DNA of 64,000 nucleotides from an uncultured virus (IMG/VR IMGVR_UViG_3300029305_011880) (taxonomy: Duplodnaviria > Heunggongvirae > Uroviricota > Caudoviricetes), in the IMG/VR virus record IMGVR_UViG_3300029305_011880. One strand, 5' to 3'. Position 1 is the first letter of the stretch; each line of letters opens with the position of its first letter. Shown in pieces: positions 20,901 through 30,637 of the stretch. Position numbers and translations under genes: made by a program. The notes beneath the pieces are model-generated. The model saw nothing but the letters and a program-made list of their open reading frames with translations, did not search any database and was not told where the DNA came from.

Positions 20901-23900
20901 TAGCTTTTCAATTATTTGATTTTTCTTATTAATATCTGCGTTTCTAACCAAATATCCCTCGGATGCTGCTAAAGAATCATTTACCCCAGAAATACTACCA
21001 ATATAAATAGTTGCACCAGGATTTTTAGATTTAACAGTATTCACCAGGTCTTTATAATTACTTTCAAATACTGAATCAGTATTTGTTGCGTCATTCATAC
21101 CAATATTAATAAATACTGTTCCATAATTGGAATAAGATTTAGCTGCATTTTTAGTAGCTACGATACCACGTCCAACTACAGCATCTACTACTGCCCCAGT
21201 TCCATCAAGCAACCCAGTATTCTTTATCCCAACAGTGAGCGAGTCCCCAAGGAACAAAGTATTATAGAAACTGGCTGTTGTACTGGAACTATTTAAATTC
21301 GAGCTACCACCAGTAAGTGTCCCATTTACTGCGTTTTCAATAATTGAACGGTTAGCACTTGTGTCTGCCACTTTTTTATTGTCGTCCAAAATATTTTGAT
21401 TAAGTATGGAAATCATCTTTTGAGGAGCCCTATCAATACTTACCTCAAGCAAACCAGAAATCAACTGAGAAACAGCGGTTGCATTTAAATCGTTACCAAA
21501 CTTCTTAATGGTTTCTTCCCACGCAGGAGTGTTTGCAAGATTATAAATGTCATTACTTAAAACAGCTGTATTCTCAACATGGTTTGTTTTTGTATTAAGA
21601 GTAGAATGATATGCCTCACGTCCTCTAGACATTAAATCGTAGTCACTCTTTACGTCCATAGGAACATAAGTCTCAAAATTCATAATGTAATCATATAAAT
21701 AGCTTTGTGTTTTATTCTTTTCTTCAAAAATGGCATTTTTCTGAGCTTCAGTAGTATCATCAGTCAAAATCAATCTAGAATTCCAACTGTCAAATACCTC
21801 TCCATTAAAATAATAACCTCTTTGTCTAGGAAGAATTTCACGCATTACACCAGAGAAATGTCTGAAGAGAGGAATAGGATAACCATAACTTTCTCTATTA
21901 GCAATAAATAACCCTACGCCAATTTCATCATATTCTTCCTCGTGTATTATGCTAGTACCAGCTTCAAGAGTCAAGGAACTCCAACCATCACTACCACCAA
22001 CAGTAACAGGGTTAGAATTAAATCCAACAATTGCATCTGCGGCTCTCCAGATTTCATATAAGTCGTTTTTAGATTTATCGGAATCGTTTTTCAACGTCAC
22101 AGGATGTTGCAAGCCAGCATCTAAATCAACGCTCATATGTAAGTCGTCTGGTAACCCAACGGAAACATCTATTTTAGTAACTTCTGTTTCTGGCACAACA
22201 TATCCTTTTCTTGCAGTAATATTGGCATTGACGTCTTTAATATTCTGATAATGATTTTTGTTATCACCATCAAACAATCCCCCAGATTTACTTAATGTTA
22301 AATAATCTTCATTGTAATCGTGACTAAAGTCTTTATCAATATCCCCTTTATTTACCTGCCATCCCCAAGACCAATCACTTAAGGAATCATATATCTTCAT
22401 ACCAATATAAACTCTATCACTCAATGTACTAGTAGAATCTAAACTGGAAGCTTTCTCCAAAACCGCCTTTATTTCAGCAGGAGTATCAATGATGTATCCG
22501 TCTTTTGCTGGTAAAACATCTGATACGGTAGCGTAATAGTTATAGTGAGTTGTATAGTAGGGTTGATAACAACTATAATCTTCCCATCCGCAAACTCTAT
22601 CTTCTCCTTCCCCCGTACACTCCCAACTGGAACAACAGTTTGTACACCATTTACTTTCGGAGGTATATTTACAGCTTGTTCCTGCGTCTAAAACTTTAGG
22701 CTTAGCCTCTCCAGTAAACCAAGATACTATTGTCTTCCATACATCCCCATTCAATTTAGTTTGTGCAGTTTCTTCTGTATAGCTTGGACAAGCAGGATAA
22801 CCATTCCAACTACCTTTACTACCACTACCCATATCTTTCACTACGTATTCAACCATTGGAACGTTAAATATATAGTTACTCAAATAATAGTATCTATCTG
22901 CATAAGCTAAACCACTAACTTGTCGGTCACTACTACCGCCACCAATATTAACGATGTCATTTTTGTAAGTGTAATTAAATGTACCCAAGAAAGTAACGGC
23001 TTCATCAATCATGTAAATACGATAAGATTCATTTTCAAGAATCAAATTCATAGGTTGTAAATCTTGACCATATTGATTGTAAAAATCTTTCTTGAATTCC
23101 CCGACAATGTTTTCACCAGCTCCAGCAAAATCAGAACCAATATTTAAGAAGTGCTGGTCAACATTGACTTTGCTTAACCCATCATCTGTATTTTGAATTC
23201 CCAATAATGCAGCAGAACCAGCGACATGAATTTCGGTTACAAACTTACTACCGTCAACAAAGTGTAAAGCCTTAGAAATGATACTATCATCATCTTCAGC
23301 TTTCCAATCAAACCACTCAACATAATACTGAAGAGGGTCTAAAAATTGGACTTGAGTAAAAGTGTTAGCACTTGGGAACAATCCACCAAATATGGTGTCC
23401 CAAACACTTGCAATCCATGTAGGCTCTAAATAAGGAGAGTAAGCATATACCCCATTTAATTTGTCAGGGTCTATAGAATATGTACAAATTTGACTTAAAT
23501 CAGGCCAGTTTTCTTCGCAAACTTTCAAGCATCTGGTCTCTTTTTCTTTAATAACCGATTCTTCTTCAGCCTTTTCTTCTTCGTTTAAGTCTGGATGTAT
23601 TCCCTTTATTTCAGTTTCAGCTTCAGTTTTACATCTTCTTTCGCAATCAAAAAGACCTTCATTATAATATGCACCAGTTGCTTGTGCGTTAAGCAAGCAT
23701 TGCTTTAAACCCTCGATGTCATCTTCGTCTATATGGTCACATTTGTCATATGCGCTTTCACAAATATTAGTAGTTTTATTATTTTTTACAACGTCAGAGT
23801 TTTTAATTGCCGAGTCTAACTCATCTTTAGAAATTAATGGGAACCCATCAATCCCTTCATTTACAGGACCAACATATATACCCTCCATATTTCTGCCAGC

Positions 23901-26900
23901 AACAATTTTTACCAGCTCGGCTCTAATATCTTCATATTTTTTACTAGAAGCTTTTTCTTCTGCCAAATCCATCTCATAATCAGTAGCTGCATATTGTAGA
24001 GAAACAATGTTTTGCGCAAGTTCCATTAAATCTTCGACAGGAATTGGGGTGCTTCTTAGAGCCTCTGTTAAAGAAGGATATCTATCCAAAAGCTCTTTTG
24101 GATAATAACCATTACCAGCTTTACCAAAATTATCGGAAATGGTTTTATCCCCAATGATTGTCTCAAACGACTTTTCAAATGCACTCTTACCTACGTAAGT
24201 TTCATCCATAAATACGCCAGTTTGATAAACAACTCTCATGTCTTGGATATAAGACAGTACAGAACCAAGACCATAGTCCCTTACGGATTTAGTTTCATAT
24301 GGCAAATAATCGCCTCTATATGTTTTATATGTAACTCTTCCTTCAATGGAATAATCAATTCCGCTGGTTATATTTGTATGAATGCTACCAGAATTTGTAG
24401 GTCTATAAGTTTTGGCATAGCTATCCCAAGCTTCAGTAGTATTTCTCCAATCTCCGCCTTCATTATAAGCCTTCAAAGCATCAACTAAAGAAACGGTATT
24501 TCCATCATGCCCCTCAACAGCAGTACCTTTACTTGCAGCATGAGAATCTAAATCGTTAATATAAGCTTCCCAACTTACAGGTCCGCTATCGACTATATCT
24601 CCAGAAGCATCATAACTATATCTAAAATCATCTGGACCATAATGCACACCATTTGTCAAATAATCCGTAATCTTAGTAATTAAATTACCTGTAGAATATA
24701 CGGGCAACTCAAGAGAAGCTTCTCCTTTAACTCTTTCAAGAACTTGGCTACTATAATCGCTAGCTACGTTTGAAATTTTCCAACCATAACCAGAATTATT
24801 ATTGTTGTTGTTACATTTACCACTTTGGTCTTGACATAATGCGCTTTGACCAGAAATTATGGATGTAGGAACATAAGTAGTACTTACGGTCCTTTGACTA
24901 TCAAGAGCCTTAACTGTATCTAAAGTCTTTTTGTAAACCGTCGTGCTGTTCCATTTATCTACGACCACTTCTTTTAATCCAAAAATATCTCTATATTGAG
25001 CTTTCTTAAACGCTAAATCAAGTTCCGTTTCAGTGTAATATTTATAATCCCAAGCGACACCGTATTCGCCAGTTTCAATAATATAATCGTCATATGCTAA
25101 CAAAAGATGAAACATTGACTCAGAAGAAATATTAATTTCTGCTTCAGCATCTTCGCCAGTAACTAGATTTGTAATGCTTTGTCCAAATTCTTTCCATTTT
25201 GCCCATGTATAAGCATAGCCACTAGCGCCAGTATATCTTCGAATCACGGAACAATGTCTCTGATTAAAAGGCAATTTAGCATCATTTTCATAGTCTTCTG
25301 GCTCACATGTAGTAACAGTATTTCCTCTATGATTTACAAATTCACAAGAACCTCCAGATGCAGGAATCGCACTGTCAGTACTATAATCGAAATATAAATC
25401 TTCGTCTCTTGCAGGAGGACATCTGTTAAGGTCTACATTTGCAAAATCTTCAAAACCAGAGAAGTATTCTGGGAAGAATCTATAAGAATCTCTTACACTC
25501 TTCTTTTGCACAAACGTTTTATTGAAGAGAACCCTAGAATTTAACTGCATATCACCATATTCATCAAATACAGATACTAATTGCATATGTCTAATAGGAT
25601 ATTTATTATATTCACAACGAACTTTAACCCATCCATCAATGTATGAATCACTGGAGTTACCATTTTCAGGGTTAATATAAACAATTGATTTATCTCCGTC
25701 ACAAATCAAAGATGTTGTATCAACTTTAACTGAACCAGAACTAATATTTAATCTTGTATATGGTCCCTCGAAAAATGTTTTATAGTTTTGATTTGTAATG
25801 GTTGTACCCATATGTTCATTAAATGGATTGTTTCCATCATCTGTTTTTGATTTACCCGTATCAGGACTATATCTGGTATCAATAACCCTCCAATACAACT
25901 TGATAGCAGATTTTTTATCTACGGTGCTTCCGTCTTCATATTCGAATTCTTCCGTGACCGTAGCATATTTACCGATATTACCCCAAGACATTTGTTTAGC
26001 TAGCTCATTATTAGCCTCCGACCAATAATAATTATTCTTTTGTTCAACAACGTAATCATAAACAATATGACTTGGTTCAGACTTGATAATACCTTCCAAC
26101 CAATCTTTCTCATAATAAACACTAGATATATTGTTAATATCTCTTAATGTAACTCTTTGTGTTACATAGACATATGGAGAACCAATATTTTCTTTTTTAC
26201 CAGTCTCCTGAATACGATAGAAATCATTAACAAAAGCAACAGGCTTAACAAATGCTTCGGGATAAGTTATTGTCTCAAGATTACTAAATTCACCAAATAA
26301 AATACGATTCATTTCAGACAACAAAGTTTCAGAAATTTGGAAAGTAGTTTCTCTGTTATAATAATCTCTAAAAGTTTCATTAACAGTATTTAAACTAGTC
26401 TTCAAGTCTTTTTCGTCCACATTAATACCAATGATTTTTGGTAACTTCATATATTTTAATGCATTCTTATTAGCATCAGAATAGATATATCTTTCATCAA
26501 GAGAACCCAAGCCTATCCAATTTCGAGTCATATTGTAGTAGTTTAAATCCATTTGGTCTAGGTCATCTTGTACTAAACCCCAATCATATAGTTTATTTAC
26601 AATCTTTGCATATGTGTCGGTTACTATATTCATACTTTCAGGATTCAAATCCCTTAGATTAAACACTTGATAATAAGATGTTTCTGATACAAGTTGCATA
26701 TAAGCCTTTCTTAACTCGTTTGTGTTTTGAGCATCCATATAAATAGAAGTATCAGAATTCATTTCTTCGAATTTGTCGAAATCAATATTTATTTTCCCAC
26801 TAAAAGGTCCATTTAACGAACCAAATACCCCCATAACAGCGTTCAACATCGTTCCTATGCAAACAACACAAATAACTACTATCAAGAAATCAGAAGAAGC

Positions 26901-27152
26901 TTCCGCAGCATTCCCAATCTTAAGTAACACCGATTTGAACTTTTCTATTATTTTTTGAAGCGCCTCTTTTATCCATCCTTTAATTCCAAGTTCTTTTATC
27001 TTGGCTCGAGTATTCCCACCCAAAAAACTAAAGGGTCTTTTTAATTTAGCAAGGAACCCTGCAGGTGGCCTTACTTGCTCAGGCAATAAACCTAATAACA
27101 TATTAGCAAATGTTTTTAGTATCATTTTGACTATTACCCATATAGCACCCAT
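17964..27152 (-). CDS. Giant (3062 aa) conjugation-associated cell-wall hydrolase: SGNH esterase, lytic transglycosylase, M23 peptidase and NlpC/P60 domains
   Basis: N-terminal TM; FLGDSL...G.ND...DGIH (SGNH); AMFTQESSG...GIGQI...VLYNG (SLT); HNGVD...YAHM...HLHFEV (M23); PYFYGG...DCSGFV...HIGIY (NlpC/P60); directly downstream of the VirB6-like gene. Confidence 0.85.
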   Translation of the reverse strand: MGAIWVIVKMILKTFANMLLGLLPEQVRPPAGFLAKLKRPFSFLGGNTRAKIKELGIKGWIKEALQKIIEKFKSVLLKIGNAAEASSDFLIVVICVVCIGTMLNAVMGVFGSLNGPFSGKINIDFDKFEEMNSDTSIYMDAQNTNELRKAYMQLVSETSYYQVFNLRDLNPESMNIVTDTYAKIVNKLYDWGLVQDDLDQMDLNYYNMTRNWIGLGSLDERYIYSDANKNALKYMKLPKIIGINVDEKDLKTSLNTVNETFRDYYNRETTFQISETLLSEMNRILFGEFSNLETITYPEAFVKPVAFVNDFYRIQETGKKENIGSPYVYVTQRVTLRDINNISSVYYEKDWLEGIIKSEPSHIVYDYVVEQKNNYYWSEANNELAKQMSWGNIGKYATVTEEFEYEDGSTVDKKSAIKLYWRVIDTRYSPDTGKSKTDDGNNPFNEHMGTTITNQNYKTFFEGPYTRLNISSGSVKVDTTSLICDGDKSIVYINPENGNSSDSYIDGWVKVRCEYNKYPIRHMQLVSVFDEYGDMQLNSRVLFNKTFVQKKSVRDSYRFFPEYFSGFEDFANVDLNRCPPARDEDLYFDYSTDSAIPASGGSCEFVNHRGNTVTTCEPEDYENDAKLPFNQRHCSVIRRYTGASGYAYTWAKWKEFGQSITNLVTGEDAEAEINISSESMFHLLLAYDDYIIETGEYGVAWDYKYYTETELDLAFKKAQYRDIFGLKEVVVDKWNSTTVYKKTLDTVKALDSQRTVSTTYVPTSIISGQSALCQDQSGKCNNNNNNSGYGWKISNVASDYSSQVLERVKGEASLELPVYSTGNLITKITDYLTNGVHYGPDDFRYSYDASGDIVDSGPVSWEAYINDLDSHAASKGTAVEGHDGNTVSLVDALKAYNEGGDWRNTTEAWDSYAKTYRPTNSGSIHTNITSGIDYSIEGRVTYKTYRGDYLPYETKSVRDYGLGSVLSYIQDMRVVYQTGVFMDETYVGKSAFEKSFETIIGDKTISDNFGKAGNGYYPKELLDRYPSLTEALRSTPIPVEDLMELAQNIVSLQYAATDYEMDLAEEKASSKKYEDIRAELVKIVAGRNMEGIYVGPVNEGIDGFPLISKDELDSAIKNSDVVKNNKTTNICESAYDKCDHIDEDDIEGLKQCLLNAQATGAYYNEGLFDCERRCKTEAETEIKGIHPDLNEEEKAEEESVIKEKETRCLKVCEENWPDLSQICTYSIDPDKLNGVYAYSPYLEPTWIASVWDTIFGGLFPSANTFTQVQFLDPLQYYVEWFDWKAEDDDSIISKALHFVDGSKFVTEIHVAGSAALLGIQNTDDGLSKVNVDQHFLNIGSDFAGAGENIVGEFKKDFYNQYGQDLQPMNLILENESYRIYMIDEAVTFLGTFNYTYKNDIVNIGGGSSDRQVSGLAYADRYYYLSNYIFNVPMVEYVVKDMGSGSKGSWNGYPACPSYTEETAQTKLNGDVWKTIVSWFTGEAKPKVLDAGTSCKYTSESKWCTNCCSSWECTGEGEDRVCGWEDYSCYQPYYTTHYNYYATVSDVLPAKDGYIIDTPAEIKAVLEKASSLDSTSTLSDRVYIGMKIYDSLSDWSWGWQVNKGDIDKDFSHDYNEDYLTLSKSGGLFDGDNKNHYQNIKDVNANITARKGYVVPETEVTKIDVSVGLPDDLHMSVDLDAGLQHPVTLKNDSDKSKNDLYEIWRAADAIVGFNSNPVTVGGSDGWSSLTLEAGTSIIHEEEYDEIGVGLFIANRESYGYPIPLFRHFSGVMREILPRQRGYYFNGEVFDSWNSRLILTDDTTEAQKNAIFEEKNKTQSYLYDYIMNFETYVPMDVKSDYDLMSRGREAYHSTLNTKTNHVENTAVLSNDIYNLANTPAWEETIKKFGNDLNATAVSQLISGLLEVSIDRAPQKMISILNQNILDDNKKVADTSANRSIIENAVNGTLTGGSSNLNSSSTTASFYNTLFLGDSLTVGIKNTGLLDGTGAVVDAVVGRGIVATKNAAKSYSNYGTVFINIGMNDATNTDSVFESNYKDLVNTVKSKNPGATIYIGSISGVNDSLAASEGYLVRNADINKKNQIIEKLAGELGVNFMDVNAYLGNISTSDTNDGIHLKNSKYTEWFNYICNTVGVGGGSSSNMVEVTLSLEDGSSKTFRLTDVGPGVIFYNYNPDKDGNLPTSDNISTGDIIVTCGPGTDYTVCFDDVSLTVNDTTDERLDKVKALKYVSNKFGKLVQKYGDVKYAILAYFHGEAFATKVQLKGDTDWFNGDDANKVADILAELTGDDSVRMNASKINMFMYTNDVVTETLAYVKDSGSKTVLNNASTIPAAASGVPLGTKKEEAQRVYSKWKPLFDTFCAEYQVDVALAVAMFTQESSGNAFAGLCKDDSVITWTTGATAVCTEVYSNVYNSYNGGGGIGQIHHHCDGDGHNAKPGEKCTKTIESTLTGKQVVVNMQNPESVVTSLADIPAFLANDERYGNVEKAFEYGIIQISNNLIRTNNDGFLAAVLYNGWVSGTECKISDPNWYSCYSKYRNETSEFPDYVKHIARYYDTSLATAELNTNFGLSYSGASATGGASFGLQTGNIAFQRDMFQVQNSGMELYIPRMTTSRDDVTTLILNVSNFGKEDYYMYANEHSLLDFFTERLDDSTGTNNSFLGGNPQISKLGKKTSKDVDASYKFAFITPLIPLQSPISTVPTVTDLNVTSEFGKRVHPVYGDIRMHNGVDIAYTTKPGILAAAEGRVSYVGYDDGGYGHWVEIEHTVPANTIVTDTSGKRYQIVGIFTRYAHMFMTPNVVKGDVISSNCASAGGSGKCLSLDDPIGIMGNSGVGTGDHLHFEVLVKAKDLETGQLLDNTAENTKCDPYYWLSTEWTRGAGLVEGAMSSAEIDAIIATVKSYHPTLSQDREYILRNALSLVGGVPYFYGGGHSHPPYKGVNPSWGRDDRTCGHNSPGGGWWVGRVAKDGLDCSGFVSWVSYNTFGTHYYASGDTVTDIKNDDNTKIISKSSILPGDWAFKEKKHIGIYVYTDSDGKEWYVHSTDKGNEEGVVFEIYNGFDQYLRADYVN

Positions 27153-27256
27153 ATATCAACCCTCCTATATAAATTATTTGCAATTTGAACATAATTACAT
27201 ACTCTTATTATATTTGAATCTATCCAGTTTTAAAACGCATTCAACGCTTAGAATAA

Positions 27257-27286
27257 AACAAAACCCCAATAATTTGGGGTTTTGTT
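27257..27286 (-). terminator. Intrinsic terminator
   Basis: aacaaaaccccaa/ttggggttttgtt after the VirB6-like stop. Confidence 0.7.
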
Positions 27287-27299
27287 GTTTTAGTCTATA

Positions 27300-30200
27300 T
27301 TACCAAGAGTTATTATTTCCTCCTGATGGATTTTGGCCATTCATTCTACGAGCAATGGCATCCGCTTGATAATTCATCTTGTCTTCAGCTTCTCTTCTTT
27401 CGTTCGCCATCTTATTATCATAACTAGAAATAGCCGCCCGTGCTTCTGCGTTACGCATAGAGCTTAAACCACTTGCAACCGTTCCACCAGTTGCTCTTAT
27501 ATGTAGATTTTGCCCACTACTAGAGGCAGAAACAGCTTCAAATCCACTGTTTTTAATATAATTACGACCATAATTAATCGTTACTGGGTTATTATCTTGA
27601 CCACCAGAAACATGTACGTCCATTTCCTTCAATCTAGCAGCAGCACTAGCATTTCCACTGAGGCTTTGTTGTACTAAATAATGAAGTCCAGAATCGAGAC
27701 CTCCCTTATCACCATCTGCAGCAGCTCTATCTAATTGAGCTCGAGTTAGTACTTCATTAACTCCTCCTGCATTGTCATTGGTATAGGTACCGCCAACGGC
27801 AGATGCAAGTTTAGTAGTCGTGAATGCTCCGTTTTTAGCACGGTGAACATCTACTACGCTAGCCGCCCCAGCAGCCGTCTGTTCTTTATCAAGTCTTTGA
27901 CCAGTAGCAGTTCTAGCAACACTCCAAGCACTTTGTCTATTTGGGTCATTCGCGTTTTGAGGCCCAGAAGCCCCAGTTGCCATATTTTTTATACCACGGG
28001 CACCCGCACCAACCGCCTGTACCCCAAACTGAGCACCTTCAGCAGCTGCAGAGCCTATGTTTCCGATTGCCTTTCCACCTTCCATAGCTACTTGTGCGCC
28101 TCTTTCACCAACTCGACTGTACTGAGCAGTTTGCCCAGACATTTCAGCACCAGCCATATCAACAGCTAAATTCATAGCTCCTCTCATAACGTTACCCATT
28201 GCTAGCGCTCCCTTAGCGGCAGATAGCCCTGCTCTGGATAGATTATCCTTCATAGAGCGCCCGCCTGCGGTGTCGGAATTATGTTTGATACCAGCTTTTT
28301 TATCGCTTGCATCTTGACTTAACTTAGCAGATAATTGGTCGACTTTTGAAGATTTACCCATATTACCAGAACCACCTGCATTGCCCTGACCTTCGCCATT
28401 TATTTTCTCATCACCATCAGATAACTTATCCATAGCCTTTCCAGCGCCTGCACTTGACAATGCACCAACCATACTCTGTCCAGCATTAATAGCCTTAGAC
28501 GCGGCAGACATACCGAGATTAGAAGCATGACTACCAGCACCTTGGAAGACAAGAGTACGAACAAGTTCAGTCAAAGGAATAATCGAATAAGAAATGACTA
28601 AGCTTTCTAATCCACCACCAGTAGCAACTAGGTTGGTTAAAAACGCGAGTGAAAATGCGTGAATTGATTGCATAAATATATTGGCAGTAATTTCTCTTAA
28701 CCAAGAGTCAAACAACTGTTTGTTGCTCTGAGAAAATGCCATAGACGCAATAAAGAAAGGAGCAGTAACGGTTAGTATTCCTATTATTACGCTACGCATT
28801 ATATATGTAAAGTTTATATAAACACATATTCCAAAATAAGCAAATTGTAATACCAAACCTGCTAACGAAGCAATTACGGGAGCCTCACTAGCATTCGGGT
28901 CGACTTGCGACGCGAATATTTGGACGATACTGCTATTCATATTAAGCATAAATTGAATAATTGGAATAACAGTAACCAATAAAAATCCTACAACCACAAA
29001 TCGCTGAACGGTTTGTATTGCGGAGACTCTCTTACCAGGGTTAATTGTGCTCAAATTCAAATCAATCAAAATCTTAATAAATCCACAAATAATTAAGAAC
29101 CAAGCCAAACTCTGGAATATTAAATGATATCTTAGGACAACAGTCCACCATGTATCATTCATTGCACCATAGTTCCAAGAAGAACTAGACCTTGCACCTT
29201 TATTATAAACTAAAGTATGCATATCAGACAAACCAAGAACGCTTCGTAAACCCTGTAAAAGAGTTTGGAAAAATTCAACGATAATTGTCATTATCCAGCT
29301 ACCACTCTCAGTAGAACTCTGTTTGGTATCAATGGAAATATTATGATTCTTATATGCGTTATTAGCATACATACTAATGTGATGTATTGTTATCCAAGGA
29401 GAATCATTACCATCTGCAACGTAAGAATATTCTTTATGGTTACCATCTGTAAATTTCAGCGAAGAGTCAATCCCATCGATTTTAGCATAGCCCTTTGGCA
29501 TAGCCCAAACAAATGTAGATAATTCACTCCAGACTAAGTTGTCAGCATTAATGTTATATGTTGCATTAAAGCTCCCTCCAGCAGAGTCAATAATCGGAAT
29601 TACATAAGCCAATAAATTTCCGTTATTATCCGCATTAGGATACCCCTTATTTGCAAAAGCCTTAGCAAAGTTATTACTGCTTGTGATAGAGGTAGAAGTA
29701 TAATTTCCAGAAAGCTTACTACCAGAATTCTCAGACTCTGTAACAATCCCACCCCATATTTCAGGAGTCCCATAAATAATAACATAATTCTTTTCTTGCC
29801 CCGTATTAACTACGGTATAGCCAACATCAGTAGGTCTAATTAAAATAGATTTATTAACAAGTTCAGAAACGGAACCATATCTCTTGCCACCATTAATCAT
29901 TGAAAGCATAGAGTTAAGAGATTCGCTGAGAGTATTACCTATTTCTATCGCATATTCGGTTTCTGCTTGTGTTACGTCTTTAGCTCCTCCACCATGCATA
30001 GCAGGGAAAGTTAAAACTTTCATCCCTTCTCCACTACCCTCGGTAAAATCGTTTTTATTGCCACCAAAAGACTTTGTACTACTACTTGTAATAGTATTTA
30101 TTTCAGTGTCGTTGTTAATTAAATTACCAGAAGAATCTTCATATCCCTCTGCAATAATAAAGAAACTATATCCATCTCCACCATAGCTCTCTAGCTTTAC

Positions 30201-30512
30201 ATTATCGTCCATGGACATACAATATCCAGGATTTGTCCTTAGAGATTCGGTAACCTTCTTTGCATCTCCACCAGCTTCGGAACAAATACTATTATAATAG
30301 TTATAAAAACTTATATATTTTTGTTCATAGTGTTTAGAGAACCAACCAGGAGAATCGGAAACAACATCTACTTTATATGTTTTTGTATTTGGCTCAATGA
30401 GGGGCTCAAGCATTGTCGCATCATTAGCATATACAGTTACGGGCGCAATACAAGACATGACAATCTGAATAATCAAGAATATTACCAATATTCTTGAAGC
30501 CTTGCTTTTCAT
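27300..30512 (-). CDS. Extended VirB6/TrbL-like polytopic T4SS membrane protein
   Basis: Signal peptide, about 380-aa exported domain, several TM helices (YIMRSVIIGILTVTAPFFIA, FDSWLREITANIFMQSIHA), Gly/Ala-rich C-tail; follows virB4. Confidence 0.75.
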   Translation of the reverse strand: MKSKASRILVIFLIIQIVMSCIAPVTVYANDATMLEPLIEPNTKTYKVDVVSDSPGWFSKHYEQKYISFYNYYNSICSEAGGDAKKVTESLRTNPGYCMSMDDNVKLESYGGDGYSFFIIAEGYEDSSGNLINNDTEINTITSSSTKSFGGNKNDFTEGSGEGMKVLTFPAMHGGGAKDVTQAETEYAIEIGNTLSESLNSMLSMINGGKRYGSVSELVNKSILIRPTDVGYTVVNTGQEKNYVIIYGTPEIWGGIVTESENSGSKLSGNYTSTSITSSNNFAKAFANKGYPNADNNGNLLAYVIPIIDSAGGSFNATYNINADNLVWSELSTFVWAMPKGYAKIDGIDSSLKFTDGNHKEYSYVADGNDSPWITIHHISMYANNAYKNHNISIDTKQSSTESGSWIMTIIVEFFQTLLQGLRSVLGLSDMHTLVYNKGARSSSSWNYGAMNDTWWTVVLRYHLIFQSLAWFLIICGFIKILIDLNLSTINPGKRVSAIQTVQRFVVVGFLLVTVIPIIQFMLNMNSSIVQIFASQVDPNASEAPVIASLAGLVLQFAYFGICVYINFTYIMRSVIIGILTVTAPFFIASMAFSQSNKQLFDSWLREITANIFMQSIHAFSLAFLTNLVATGGGLESLVISYSIIPLTELVRTLVFQGAGSHASNLGMSAASKAINAGQSMVGALSSAGAGKAMDKLSDGDEKINGEGQGNAGGSGNMGKSSKVDQLSAKLSQDASDKKAGIKHNSDTAGGRSMKDNLSRAGLSAAKGALAMGNVMRGAMNLAVDMAGAEMSGQTAQYSRVGERGAQVAMEGGKAIGNIGSAAAEGAQFGVQAVGAGARGIKNMATGASGPQNANDPNRQSAWSVARTATGQRLDKEQTAAGAASVVDVHRAKNGAFTTTKLASAVGGTYTNDNAGGVNEVLTRAQLDRAAADGDKGGLDSGLHYLVQQSLSGNASAAARLKEMDVHVSGGQDNNPVTINYGRNYIKNSGFEAVSASSSGQNLHIRATGGTVASGLSSMRNAEARAAISSYDNKMANERREAEDKMNYQADAIARRMNGQNPSGGNNNSW

Positions 30513-30604
30513 TTCATATCTCCCTCCTTTTAGTTTTATATTATTATATTGTTATCAAATTTGTTTAATTAATAAGATAACAGATTTTTTCACATATATT
30601 TGGT

Positions 30605-30633
30605 ATTTCCCCGCCTAATTTAGGCGGGGAAAT
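30605..30633 (-). terminator. Intrinsic terminator
   Basis: atttccccgccta/taggcggggaaat after the virB4 stop. Confidence 0.7.
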
Positions 30634-30637
30634 TTTA

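Noticed and set aside
3062..27152. Prophage interpretation (amidase as endolysin, 3062-aa protein as tape measure)
   Set aside because: No terminase, portal, capsid, tail or holin genes were recognised; the amidase has a signal peptide and the large hydrolase follows virB4-virB6
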